NCBI GenBank assembly: GCA_963813715.1
Contig: CAWFAK010000008.1
Coordinates: 160,001 to 224,000, forward strand
Origin: an uncultured Planctomycetaceae bacterium
Lineage (GTDB): Bacteria; Planctomycetota; Planctomycetia; Planctomycetales; Planctomycetaceae
Direction of reading: 5' to 3'
Length of the DNA: 64,000 nucleotides
Both the position numbers and the translations under genes were made by a program. The first letter of the stretch is position 1. Each line of letters opens with the position of its first letter. Positions 10,638 to 20,868 of the stretch are shown here, in pieces. The notes under the pieces are model-generated. The model was not told the origin of the DNA and did no database searches. It was given only the letters and a program-made list of their open reading frames with translations.

Positions 10638-12083
10638 ATGCAGATTTTTCCGCGCCCCACCGAAACGCACGAGGGCGATGAACCGCCGCTACCGGTCACC
10701 CAGGGCCGGTTGCTCGACTTTGCCGAGGATCCCATGGCCTGCATGCTGGGCCTGCGGGCGCAGCACGGCAACCTGGCTGTCCTCGAAGAGAATACTCAGC
10801 GGATCGTGTTCGTCTTTGGACCGGAGCTGAACCAGCTCGTCCTCTCCGATTGCGAGACGTTTCACTCCCGCTTCTTCGCCATCCGCGGACCGCGGAATTC
10901 CGCTCAGCGCCGGCTCACCTCCGGCATCATGAGCATGAACGGCGAAACTCACAAAGAGCATCGCCGAGTCGTGAAGGGCCCGTTTGAGCGGAAGGCGCTG
11001 CCGTTTCATCATGGCCCCATCTGCGATCTGACGCGCGGCCTATTGGACTCGTGGAAGGTCGGCGAAGTCCGCGACATGCACGTCGAGATGACGCGGATCA
11101 TGCTGCACATCACGAGTGCGCTGTTGTTCGGCGTCGAGCAGCCCGAGTTCGCCTGGAAGGTTGGCGACATGATCGACCGCTGGGTCGAAATGAACCACCA
11201 GACCGGCATGGGCGCCTTCGTCTCCGATCCCGAGATCAACGACCGCTATGCCGAGCTGCTCGATTTCGCCAACTCGCTCGAGGACGAAATCCGCACGATG
11301 GTCGCGCTGCGTCGCGCGTCGCACAAGGCAGGCGACGACGTCCTCTCGCTCTTGATTCGCGCGAGCGAGTTCGATCACAAAGTTTCGGCCGAAGAGATGA
11401 TCGGCCACGTCGCGCTGCTCTATGGCGCGGCTCACCTCACCACGGCCAACACGCTGACTTGGACGCTGTTCCTCCTGGCGCAACACCCAACGATCATGCG
11501 GCAGCTCCATCGCGAGATCACCGACGTCATGCAGGGGGATTGCCCCACGTACGAAGAGATGACGCGGATGCCGCTCACCGAACGAGTGCTGCGGGAGAGC
11601 ATGCGGATTCTGCCGGCGTCGTCCTACTCGCAACGGATCTGCGCGGTGCCCACGATGCTCCGCAATGTGCCGCTCAATCGGGGCACGCCCGTCGTCTTCA
11701 GCCAATACGTGACGCACCACATCCCCGAGCTGTATCCGGATCCGGAGATGTTCCGCCCGGACCGCTGGCTCGAGGGCCCCGTTTCGCCTTACGCGTATTT
11801 GCCCTTTGGCGCGGGGGCGAAGATGTGCATCGGAGCTCCGCTGGCCATGCAAACGCTGCGGACGATGCTGCCTTCGATTCTCAAGCGCTACCGACTGACC
11901 GTTGTTCCCGGAGCGGAAATCAACGGCAAGATCGTGTCGACCATGCTGGGACCGACAACCCCGGTCCCAATGCGGATTGCCCGGCAGGATGGCCGGTTCG
12001 AAAGCAGTCCGGTGATCGGAAACATCCATTCTATGGTGTTTCTTCAAGACGCTACCCCCACGCGCCTCCGGCGGGCCGCCTAA
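10638..12083 (+). CDS. Cytochrome P450
   Basis: ESMR (ExxR), FRPDRW, heme motif PFGAGAKMCIG. Confidence 0.95.
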   Translation: MQIFPRPTETHEGDEPPLPVTQGRLLDFAEDPMACMLGLRAQHGNLAVLEENTQRIVFVFGPELNQLVLSDCETFHSRFFAIRGPRNSAQRRLTSGIMSMNGETHKEHRRVVKGPFERKALPFHHGPICDLTRGLLDSWKVGEVRDMHVEMTRIMLHITSALLFGVEQPEFAWKVGDMIDRWVEMNHQTGMGAFVSDPEINDRYAELLDFANSLEDEIRTMVALRRASHKAGDDVLSLLIRASEFDHKVSAEEMIGHVALLYGAAHLTTANTLTWTLFLLAQHPTIMRQLHREITDVMQGDCPTYEEMTRMPLTERVLRESMRILPASSYSQRICAVPTMLRNVPLNRGTPVVFSQYVTHHIPELYPDPEMFRPDRWLEGPVSPYAYLPFGAGAKMCIGAPLAMQTLRTMLPSILKRYRLTVVPGAEINGKIVSTMLGPTTPVPMRIARQDGRFESSPVIGNIHSMVFLQDATPTRLRRAA

Positions 12084-12379
12084 CCTGTCGCCCAAAGACG
12101 CGCAGACTGGCTTCACCAGCCCCGAACCGGCACGTCCCGCGCGAGTCGCCGCGAAATAACCATCCGTTCCGTCCGCGCGCCGCGCGATGTTGCCGAAAAT
12201 CCACGCATCTTGGCGGTTTTTGTCCAATCGCTTTCGGCACGTTGGCCGTTTTGGGCTACAGTTGGATGGCCGGCTTTTAATCCAAAGTTGGCCCGTGAAT
12301 TGAACTTGGTCATGCACGCGCAAATCATTGCCGAGACCCGAACACCGCGTCCTGAAAGCCACGTCCTGAAAGCCACTGT

Positions 12380-12502
12380 ATGGGCTACTTTATTCTCACC
12401 ACCGTTTGCACGCTGACTTACCTCGGCTATCTCCCCATTCCCAGAAACGTGCTGATCGCGGCCTGCGTCGTCTACGTTTTGTACGATGCGTTCAAACGCT
12501 AA
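12380..12502 (+). CDS. Putative 40-aa small membrane protein
   Basis: Translated by hand: MGYFILTTVCTLTYLGYLPIPRNVLIAACVVYVLYDAFKR*; below the ORF-track length cutoff. Confidence 0.45.
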   Translation: MGYFILTTVCTLTYLGYLPIPRNVLIAACVVYVLYDAFKR

Positions 12503-12520
12503 CGCTTTCACCTTCCCGTC

Positions 12521-13495
12521 TCAGCACTTCTCATTAACCGGCGACCAGCGGGGAATGCCGGACGACCTCAGCACGCTTTCGGCCAATTCTTCCGCCGTTT
12601 CGCTCCCGGTCATTTCGATCGGGCGACATTCTTCCAAGTGACGAAACCATGTGTGCTGCCGCTTGGCAAATTGCCGCGTTCGCGTTTGGATCAACGCGAT
12701 CGTCTCGGCCAGCGGAACGCCCTCTTCGAGATGGGCGATGACCTCCTTGTATCCAAGCGCCTGTCGTGCGGTGTGACTGAGCGGCTGCGGCCCGGCCAGC
12801 AACCCGCGGACCTCCTCGATCAATCCATCGGCGACCATCGCCTCGACGCGGCGATCGATGCGCTCGTAAAGCCAGCGGCGCGGCGGCGAGAACCAGTAGA
12901 CGTGTTGAGGCCGGTCTTCGAGCGGCAACGGCGCTTGTCGCTGGAATTCTGAAAGAGGCCGTCCCGTCGCAAAGTACACCTCCAGAGCGCGGACAATTCG
13001 CCGGGCATCGTTGGCGTGAATCCGTCGCGCGGCGCGCGGATCGACAGTCGCCAGCTTCGCGTGCATTTGCTCGGCCGAGGAGCTCGCGAGTTCCTCGGTA
13101 ATTTGACGGCGAATCTCCGGCGCAATTTCGGGACCGTCGAACACGCCCCGCAATAATGCTCGCAGGTAGAGCCCCGTCCCGCCGACGAAGAGCGGAATCC
13201 GTCCGCGCGCGACGACGGTGCGCGCAGCGTCAGTGGCAGCCGACAGATACTGCGCCACGCTGAATGATTCGTGCGGCTCGCACAGATCGATTAAGTGATG
13301 CGGCATCACCGCGCGAAGTTGTGGTGACGGCTTCGCGGTCCCGATCTCCATGCCGCGATAAATCGACATCGAATCCATCGACAGAATGTCGGCGCCGATT
13401 CGCATCGCGATCGCGACGGCTGCCGCGGATTTTCCGCAAGCCGTCGGCCCCGCGAGAAACCAAGAGCGCTTCAAGATGTCGTGGGAAATCTGCAT
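12521..13495 (-). CDS. miaA: tRNA dimethylallyltransferase
   Basis: GPTACGKS, DSMSIYRGMEIGTAKP, VGGTGLY, QALGYKE, TRQFAKRQHTWF. Confidence 0.96.
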   Translation of the reverse strand: MQISHDILKRSWFLAGPTACGKSAAAVAIAMRIGADILSMDSMSIYRGMEIGTAKPSPQLRAVMPHHLIDLCEPHESFSVAQYLSAATDAARTVVARGRIPLFVGGTGLYLRALLRGVFDGPEIAPEIRRQITEELASSSAEQMHAKLATVDPRAARRIHANDARRIVRALEVYFATGRPLSEFQRQAPLPLEDRPQHVYWFSPPRRWLYERIDRRVEAMVADGLIEEVRGLLAGPQPLSHTARQALGYKEVIAHLEEGVPLAETIALIQTRTRQFAKRQHTWFRHLEECRPIEMTGSETAEELAESVLRSSGIPRWSPVNEKC

Positions 13496-13848
13496 GAAGG
13501 ATCGCCGTCCGCTGATTCTATCGGTCGCGTTCTCAGCGGTCTCACCGCCGTCGCGCACGCATTTCTGTAAGCTTTACAAGCCCGCTGAAAAATCTCCAAA
13601 ATCGGCTTGACGCTTTCGCGGGAATCGTGAGAATGCCGCTCTCTTGATTGCGGTTTCAACGCCGCGATCGAAAGCAACTCCTACAACAGCAACTCCTCAA
13701 CGTTCTGTTGTTCTTCCTCCTCACATCTCGAATTTCGATTTAGACCCGGCCGAAGGTTCTTCGTGCCCCAGGCAGCACGCGCGTGCACCCCGATTTTCGC
13801 ACGCGCACTCTGGCTGCCGGTGCGACTGCGCCCTCGGCGGAGAGCCGT

Positions 13849-15366
13849 ATGACCCCGCGGTTCATGCCACTGCCCCTGCGCGTGCCCGTCAGTCTGCGCA
13901 CGCTCTTGCCCACGGCGAGTTTCGTCGGGTGCGCGGACATCCGCGTGACCGAAGCCACCGAGCAGAGCGGTCAGTGTGGCCCTCACATGCTCTTCGCGGC
14001 AATCCCCGGCACGCATGTCGATGGAGCGGACTTCGTCGACGAGGCAGTCAAGCGGGGAGCCAACAGTCTGCTCGTTCAACGGCCGCTGCCCAACGCTCAC
14101 ATTCCTCAGTGCGTCGTCCCGCACGCTCGCAAGGCCTTCGCGGAACTCTGCTCCGCCCTGGCCGGCTATCCTTCGCGTCACCTGCAGACGGCGGCCGTCA
14201 CCGGGACCAACGGCAAGACGACGGTGACCTGGCTCATCCGTTCGATTTTGGAACGGGCCGGACATCGCACCGGATTGCTGGGCACAATCGAATACCACGA
14301 CGGCGTCCACTCGTCGCCGTCGAAAATGACCACCCCCGACTCGCAGTCGCTGGCCCACTGGCTCTCGTCGATGGTCGCTGCCGAATCGACGCACGCCGTG
14401 CTCGAAGTATCCAGCCACGCCCTCGAGCAGGAGCGGACGGCCGGTACTGAGTTCGACGTCGCGGTTGTCACGAACATTACCCACGATCATTTCGATTACC
14501 ATCACGATCTCGATTCCTACCGGGCGGCCAAGGCCCGATTGCTTTCGCACCTCAAGGCTCAGGCGCTCGTCGTCCTGAATGCCGACGATCAACACAGCTC
14601 GGCCCTGGTTGGCCGCGTCGCGGGAGACGCCCGCGTCGTCACCTACGGACTCGAGCGGCCGGCTCGCGTGTGGGCCACCATTCTCGATGAATCGCTGCGG
14701 GGTTCCCGATTCCTGCTCCGCCGCGCCACCGACTCGATCGAAGTGTCGACGCCGCTCGTCGGCCGACACAATGTGTCCAACTGTCTGGCCGCAGCCGCGG
14801 CAACCGAACGGTTCGGCCTCTCGCTGGCCGAAGTGAAAGCCGGCATCGAAGGGCTGCGCCTGGTTCCCGGCCGGATGGAACGGGTCGACTGCGGACAGCC
14901 GTTCGATGTCTTCGTCGATTATGCCCATACGGACGATGCGCTGCACCGCGCGATCGGCTTCCTGAAACGGCTCTCGCACGGCCGCGTGCTGTGCGTTGCC
15001 GGCGCGGGCGGGGATCGTGATCGGTCCAAGCGTCCGCTGATTGGCCGCGCGTTGAGCGAGGCCGACGTCGCCATCGTCACCAGCGACAATCCTCGCTCCG
15101 AGGACCCCGACCAAATCATTCGCGAGGTCGTTGCCGGCTGTCCGGCGGCGGCCCATGAACCGGTCGTCGAACCCGATCGTGCCGCCGCCATCCGCCGCGC
15201 ACTCGGGTTCGCCGAGCCTGGCGACTGCGTGCTCGTGGCCGGCAAAGGACACGAGCGGGAACAAATCATCGGCAACCGAAGAGTGCCTTTTGTCGACCGC
15301 GACGTGGTGCGGGACGTTCTGGTACGGCGCAAGCCGACCGCCGGCGTCACCGCGGCAATCGTCTAA
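13849..15366 (+). CDS. murE: UDP-MurNAc-dipeptide:meso-diaminopimelate ligase
   Basis: VTGTNGKTT, LEVSSHAL, TNITHDHFDYH, VDYAHT, GDRDRSKRP, DNPR, AGKGHE. Confidence 0.95.
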   Translation: MTPRFMPLPLRVPVSLRTLLPTASFVGCADIRVTEATEQSGQCGPHMLFAAIPGTHVDGADFVDEAVKRGANSLLVQRPLPNAHIPQCVVPHARKAFAELCSALAGYPSRHLQTAAVTGTNGKTTVTWLIRSILERAGHRTGLLGTIEYHDGVHSSPSKMTTPDSQSLAHWLSSMVAAESTHAVLEVSSHALEQERTAGTEFDVAVVTNITHDHFDYHHDLDSYRAAKARLLSHLKAQALVVLNADDQHSSALVGRVAGDARVVTYGLERPARVWATILDESLRGSRFLLRRATDSIEVSTPLVGRHNVSNCLAAAAATERFGLSLAEVKAGIEGLRLVPGRMERVDCGQPFDVFVDYAHTDDALHRAIGFLKRLSHGRVLCVAGAGGDRDRSKRPLIGRALSEADVAIVTSDNPRSEDPDQIIREVVAGCPAAAHEPVVEPDRAAAIRRALGFAEPGDCVLVAGKGHEREQIIGNRRVPFVDRDVVRDVLVRRKPTAGVTAAIV

Positions 15367-15477
15367 GCCCAGCGTACAAACCGTTTGAGATTGCGACTCA
15401 TGTTGCCGGAAATGATCACCATTATTTCTCGCTTGTTCGTGCTGCTGGCCCTCGGGCCGGCTGCAGGGCCAACTGGC

Positions 15478-16905
15478 ATGGAACGCGTGACACTCCAAGA
15501 ACTCGAGACCGCGACGGGAGGGCGAGCAATCGCCTGTAACCCGGCGGCCATCGCGTTCGAGCGGGTGACGACTGACTCGCGGACGGCCCGACCCGGTGAC
15601 CTTTTCTGGGCACTGCCAGGCGAACAACACGACGGACACGAATTCGTCGCCGACGCGATGAGCCGCGGGGCGGTGGCTTGCGTGCTTCAAGAAAACAAGA
15701 CGGTTGCCGGCGTGCCGGCGGTCGTCGTCCCCGACGTTCTGCAGGGATTGCAGGACTTTGCCCGATCGCAACGCCAGCGCATGGACGCGCTGGTGATCGG
15801 GGTGACGGGGACGGTCGGCAAGACGACGACTCGTGAAATGCTGCACGCCGCCCTCAGTCCGGCCTTCGCGGGCTGCCGCAGCCGGAAGAATTTCAACAAC
15901 CACATCGGCGTGCCGTTGAGCGTGCTCGACATCGAGTCGAGTCACGAGTTTGCCGTCCTCGAATTGGCCGCCTCGCGACAGGGTGAGATTCGCCAACTGG
16001 CCGAAATCGCTCGACCCGAAGTCGGCGTGCTCACCAGCATCGGCGTGGCGCACCTGGACGGGTTCGGCACCATCGAAACGATTGCCGCGACCAAAGCCGA
16101 GTTGCTCGAGTCGCTTCCGCCGAGCGGATTTGCCGTCATCAACGGCGACGATCCCCGCTGCCTCGCGGTGACCGCTCGAGCCCACTGCCCAGTCATCTCG
16201 GTCGGCGAAGGAACAAATAACACCTTGCGGGCGACCTCCGTCGAAACGGACAGCCGCTCGCTCCGATTTGCAGTCGATGGCACGACATACGGGATTCCGG
16301 CCGTCGGACGGCATCACCTGGTTGCCGGACTGGCCGCGGTTGCGGTCGGACGAGAGCTGGGCGTCAAGCCGCGCGATCTGGCCGAAGGCCTGTCGCGGTT
16401 CGTGCCTGTCCCCGGTCGTTGCGTCGTGAAACAGCGCCGACCGTGGACACTGATTGACGACAGCTACAACGCCAACCCGACCTCGGCCGAGGCGGCCTGT
16501 CGCCTGCTCGCCGACTGGAACGATCACGGACTGAACGATCACGGACGCCGAATTCTGGTCCTGGCCGACATGCTCGAGCTGGGAGCCGAAGCGGCCCACT
16601 GGCACGCCTCCATCGGGGCGTGTGCGGCGAAGCTCGGCCTCAACGGGCTGGTTGCCGTCGGCAGTCACGCCGCCGACCTGCTCGCCGGCGCTCGTCAGGC
16701 GGGCATGCCATCCGAACAACTGGCCCAGTGCGACGAACTTGACGTGGTGGCCGCGGTCCTCGACTGCTGGCTCGAGCCGGGCGACGTCGTGCTGGTCAAA
16801 GGCTCTCGTTCGATGCGGATGGAACGCGTCGTCGAACAACTCGTCTCGCTCTCGAACATTCAGGAGAACATTGCCCCGTGCACCAGCACGAGGGCCTGCG
16901 CATAG
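15478..16905 (+). CDS. murF: UDP-MurNAc-tripeptide:D-Ala-D-Ala ligase
   Basis: GVTGTVGKTTT, NFNNHIGVP, DDSYNANP, DMLELG, VKGSR. Confidence 0.95.
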   Translation: MERVTLQELETATGGRAIACNPAAIAFERVTTDSRTARPGDLFWALPGEQHDGHEFVADAMSRGAVACVLQENKTVAGVPAVVVPDVLQGLQDFARSQRQRMDALVIGVTGTVGKTTTREMLHAALSPAFAGCRSRKNFNNHIGVPLSVLDIESSHEFAVLELAASRQGEIRQLAEIARPEVGVLTSIGVAHLDGFGTIETIAATKAELLESLPPSGFAVINGDDPRCLAVTARAHCPVISVGEGTNNTLRATSVETDSRSLRFAVDGTTYGIPAVGRHHLVAGLAAVAVGRELGVKPRDLAEGLSRFVPVPGRCVVKQRRPWTLIDDSYNANPTSAEAACRLLADWNDHGLNDHGRRILVLADMLELGAEAAHWHASIGACAAKLGLNGLVAVGSHAADLLAGARQAGMPSEQLAQCDELDVVAAVLDCWLEPGDVVLVKGSRSMRMERVVEQLVSLSNIQENIAPCTSTRACA

Positions 16906-17205
16906 TTTTGAGGTTCTGTTGTGTACGTAGGGTTTGCGGGAATCCGACGTACTGTTCGGCTTCGGCCGGGCGGAAGCATTCAGACAATTGGAACAAGTGA
17001 TTTCTGGGTCAATCACTCCAAGTGTCCGCTTCGCAGCAGAACCTACAGACCGGGCGCCGAGGGTGTACCTCGGCGCCCGGGGATACACCTGTCTCAGTCG
17101 GTTCTTGACTAAGTATGTCGAACTCAAACCTGACCGAATCAGTTGACGGGTGCGGCCGCTTCAAGCGCGCCGATCTGTCGATGTGGCGGTCACGGGCAAA
17201 ACGCG

Positions 17206-18309
17206 ATGCTGGTCTGGCTGGTCAACTGGTTCGCTCCGATGCTGCGGCAAGTCGAGCTGCATTCGGCGGGCGATTCGCGCGTCTTTCTGACGGCGCGAAC
17301 GGCCCTGGCCAGCGTGACGGCCTTTGTGCTGGCGATCGCTTTGGGCCCACTGGCGATCCGCTGGCTTCGCGGCCGGTTCCGGGAACGCATTGCCAGCGCG
17401 TCGAAACGGTTGAACGAAATTCAGGCGGCCAAGCAGTCGACGCCGACCATGGGCGGATTGTTCATCGTCGCCGCGATTGTGATCGGAGCGCTGCTGTTTG
17501 GCGATTTGACGAATCTGTATACGCAACTGGCACTGCTCACGACGGTTTCCTTCGGGGCGCTCGGTGCCTGCGACGACTGGATCAAGCTCAATACGCCGCG
17601 GAACGGCTTGAGCGTACGACAGAAGTTTGCCGTTCAACTTGTGTTGGCTCTGCTGATCGGCTCGATCTTGTACTGGCACCAGCGGACGGTGCCGCACGGA
17701 TTGGAGCTGATCGGACCGTTGGGAGCCGGCAGCCTGTTTCTGGGCGGAGCGTTCATTGTTTGGGCCGTGCTGGTGATCGTGGGGACCTCCAACGCGGTCA
17801 ATCTGACCGACGGTCTCGACGGGCTGGCGGGCGGCTGCACGGTGTTTGCCGGCTCGGCCTTTGTGGCACTGGTCTATCTGGCCGGCCATCGGACGATGTC
17901 GGAGTACCTGGGAATTCCATTCATTTCGGGATGCGGCGAGCTGAGCGTGGTCCTGGGCGCGATGGTCGGGGCGATGCTCGGTTTCCTGTGGTTCAACTGC
18001 TATCCGGCCCAGGTCTTCATGGGAGACACCGGAGCCTTGCCAGTCGGTGCCCTCTTGGCACTGGCGGCCCTCGCCTCGCGGCAGGAAGCCCTGCTGGTGA
18101 TCGTGGGCGGCATTTTTGTGATCGAAACAGTGAGCGTTCTGCTGCAAGTCGGCTGGTACCGACTGACCGGGAATCGGCTGATCGCCTGCAGCCCACTCCA
18201 CAATCACTATCTGTTTCAGGGTCAACACGAGATCAAAATTGTCGTCCGGTTTTGGATCGGCTCGGCCCTGCTGGCGATCGTCGGCGTGGCCAGTCTCAAG
18301 CTCCGGTAG
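17206..18309 (+). CDS. mraY: Phospho-N-acetylmuramoyl-pentapeptide transferase
   Basis: [36 protein letters not shown]. Confidence 0.95.
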   Translation: MLVWLVNWFAPMLRQVELHSAGDSRVFLTARTALASVTAFVLAIALGPLAIRWLRGRFRERIASASKRLNEIQAAKQSTPTMGGLFIVAAIVIGALLFGDLTNLYTQLALLTTVSFGALGACDDWIKLNTPRNGLSVRQKFAVQLVLALLIGSILYWHQRTVPHGLELIGPLGAGSLFLGGAFIVWAVLVIVGTSNAVNLTDGLDGLAGGCTVFAGSAFVALVYLAGHRTMSEYLGIPFISGCGELSVVLGAMVGAMLGFLWFNCYPAQVFMGDTGALPVGALLALAALASRQEALLVIVGGIFVIETVSVLLQVGWYRLTGNRLIACSPLHNHYLFQGQHEIKIVVRFWIGSALLAIVGVASLKLR

Positions 18310-18402
18310 ACCACCAACTTGTGAGCAAAGGTCCGACTGCCCGGCCGCAATCAACAGGAAATAAAAGCGTCTAGCAGGTTTCGTTAGGGAGAGAGGGATT
18401 CC

Positions 18403-18444
18403 GGAAGCCGGTTCGACCGACTCAGGTCGGTTGAACCGGCTTCC
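18403..18444. terminator. Long hairpin downstream of mraY (probable terminator)
   Basis: ggaagccggttcgaccgac-tcag-gtcggttgaaccggcttcc: 19-bp stem with one G-U pair. Confidence 0.6.
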
Positions 18445-19023
18445 ACCCTTTCGAAGCCGGCCTTAGTGAGGCGTGGATTTCGGGGAACGCGGAAACATTT
18501 GCTTATCCGTCACCTCCCGTATCAATTCCGGGAAAAAGGGAAACTTGGCAAGCAAAATGCTTCCTTCGAGGTTGCCGCACCTGTACCATGGCTCGCTACG
18601 GTCCAAAATCGACCTGCACAGGGATCGTCAACAGGTGCGAAGTGGAGCTCTCGAGAATGAAATCCGTCAGCCCCTGGTTTCAGACCGCACAACTCTTGAA
18701 TGGAATTCGCAAGACCGTTTCGGAGATTGAGGCCAACCGCTCAGTCCCGGCGGATCGCAACGTTCGGCCGGCCGATTCTGCGATTTTGCAGCGTGTCGAC
18801 GAGAAAAAGCCGAACTAACGCTCGATTTCGCATCCCGCATTGATTTTCCACCCGGGAAGTCTCGGCCTCCGCGAAATGTGACCTGGGCGGTTTCCGCCAG
18901 GAAAGCTATCCTTCCGCGCGTGCTTTTTGTCGCGGGAGCGACCTGCCGCTGAGGCGCCCTAAACCCGCTGGCTGCCGGCCGCCCACCCCGTTTCTGCTCG
19001 CGCTCAAGCTCCAGGTACGCGCC

Positions 19024-19776
19024 ATGGCGGGCCGATCCTCAGCCGCGCTTTCGGGCAAATTTGCCCACATCCCCTCCACATCCGAGACGCCGCCGGCCCG
19101 AACCGACGCCGCCAACTCGACCGCTTTAAAAAAGGAACGGAGCCGCTCTGGGCGGCGAAGGGTCGCTTGGATTGTTGGGCTGACGGCCGTCGCCATTCTC
19201 GTAGGCGCCGTTTCGCTTTGGTTCTTGGTACTCCGAGACCGGCTGATTCCTAAGCGATTCGGCGAGGTTGTGCCGAACAGGGTGTTTCGGAGCGGCCAAA
19301 TCTCGCGACATCTGATCGCGGACGTTGTCGATCGCCATCAGATCGGCACCATCATCGATCTCAACGGCCTCGACCCGTCCGATGCCGACCAGCGAGCCGA
19401 AGTTGAGGTCTCCGAAGCCAGAGGGGTCCACCTCCTCCGCTTTCCGTTGCGGGGCGACGCGACCGGGCCAATCGACCGCTATGCGGGCGCCGTGCAAGCG
19501 ATGGCTAATTCCGAGCAGCAGGGTCGTGCCGTCCTCGTCCATTGTTCCGCCGGCTCGCAACGAACGGGGGCCTGCGTGAGCTTCTACCGCCTGCTCGTCC
19601 GCCACGATCCGCCCGAAGACGTGTACCGCGAGCTTGTCGCGTACGGCTGGAACCCGCGGACGAACCAGGTCCTGCTCAACTACGTCAACGGCCACATGCA
19701 CGAGCTGGCGCAGATGCTGGTCGAGCGACACGTCCTCGATCACGAGCCGACGCCGCTTCCCACGCTCCACCCGTAA
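19024..19776 (+). CDS. Membrane-anchored protein tyrosine/dual-specificity phosphatase family protein
   Basis: One TM helix, then FRSGQ and the CX5R loop VHCSAGSQRTG. Confidence 0.82.
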   Translation: MAGRSSAALSGKFAHIPSTSETPPARTDAANSTALKKERSRSGRRRVAWIVGLTAVAILVGAVSLWFLVLRDRLIPKRFGEVVPNRVFRSGQISRHLIADVVDRHQIGTIIDLNGLDPSDADQRAEVEVSEARGVHLLRFPLRGDATGPIDRYAGAVQAMANSEQQGRAVLVHCSAGSQRTGACVSFYRLLVRHDPPEDVYRELVAYGWNPRTNQVLLNYVNGHMHELAQMLVERHVLDHEPTPLPTLHP

Positions 19777-19814
19777 GCACCGACTCTCGCGAGGCCGCGC
19801 CACAGACGCAGGCT

Positions 19815-20154
19815 AGAACTTCGAGAGAAGCCTGCGCGTTTTACGAGGCGCTCGGGTTCCAAAAACTCCTCGACGGCGACGTGGCCATTTTTGCCGTCGG
19901 CCGGACGTCCTTCATACTGCAAAGACGTTTCGAGCAGCAGTGGGCCGAGAACTGCATGATGCAGCTGATGGTCGACGACCTGGACGCCTGGTGGGCGCAC
20001 CTCGAAAGTCTCGACCTGCCGAATGCGTTCGGCATCAAGCTGCTGCGTCCACCGGCGAAGCAGCCCTGGGGACTGCGCGTTGCCTACGTCGCCGACCCCT
20101 CGGGGAGTCCTCTGGCACATCGCCGAGCGGCGCGAGAATCATCCCGCCGATTGA
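19815..20154 (+). pseudogene. VOC/glyoxalase family remnant, 5'-truncated
   Basis: AFYEALGF, VDDLDAWW, QPWGLR...DPSG(V)LWHI; no plausible start codon, frameshift near 20105. Confidence 0.65.
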
Positions 20155-20218
20155 GTGCCGCGGACAGCTCTTGACCGACGCCGGGTCGTGGGTGCGTCTA
20201 CCGCGAGACATCAGGCGC

Positions 20219-20619
20219 GGGTGGCTGGGGTCAAGCCGCCAGGTGCGCCCCCAGTTCGGTTGCAGCACTGTCCCAATCAATCCCGTCCCGAGTCCCGTCC
20301 CGCCGTTCGAGTCCCGTGTTGCGAGTGGTTCCCGTCCCTGGCAAGAGAATCTGTGAGAGCCCGCGTTCCTTCGGGCTGAAACCCGGGGCCGTTGTCGGAC
20401 GCCTGTCTCGATCGCTGCGGGGCCGACTGGCCCGCGCGGCGGGACTACTTTTCCGTCTCCCCTTATATCAGTTCACGGAGTCCCGTCCCGCCGGGACCAC
20501 TTTTCGGAGTTCCGCCGGGACCACTTGTCCCACCGTTCCCAGACGGGTGGCTGGGTCAGCGTCTGCGCCAACGGGCCTGAGTGCCGGGTGCCACTGGCGG
20601 GGGCTTTGGCCCGCCAGTG
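20219..20619. repeat. REP-like hairpins and GTCCC/GGGAC repeat cluster
   Basis: gggtggctggg at about 20219 and 20545; perfect 10-bp stem cactggcggg/cccgccagtg (20592-20619); dense GTCCC/GGGAC pentamers. Confidence 0.55.
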
Positions 20620-20868
20620 TCTTCCCTCAAAATCGAGGCCGGTGCCCACGTTCTGAAACGCTGCCAATTGGGTGCATCGCTTCTCAAAGCCGCCGCTAGC
20701 GGCACCAATGCCTCGTCGGCTGCTGGGGGGAACTTTCCCTCCCTTAGTGAAAACGGATCCCCACCACCAGCAAGGACCCTTTTTTCGTTTCCAGCGAAGA
20801 TCTTTTCCCCATTGCGCGGCCTGTGGTCAACTTTCTGTGTGGTCAACTACCTTGTGAAAGGAATGGCA

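Noticed and set aside
13681..17127. 1148-aa minus-strand ORF and similar long antisense ORFs (8381-10426, 57655-60078)
   Set aside because: GC-rich shadow ORFs opposite well-supported genes
20219..20620. CRISPR array
   Set aside because: No constant repeat-spacer period and no cas genes
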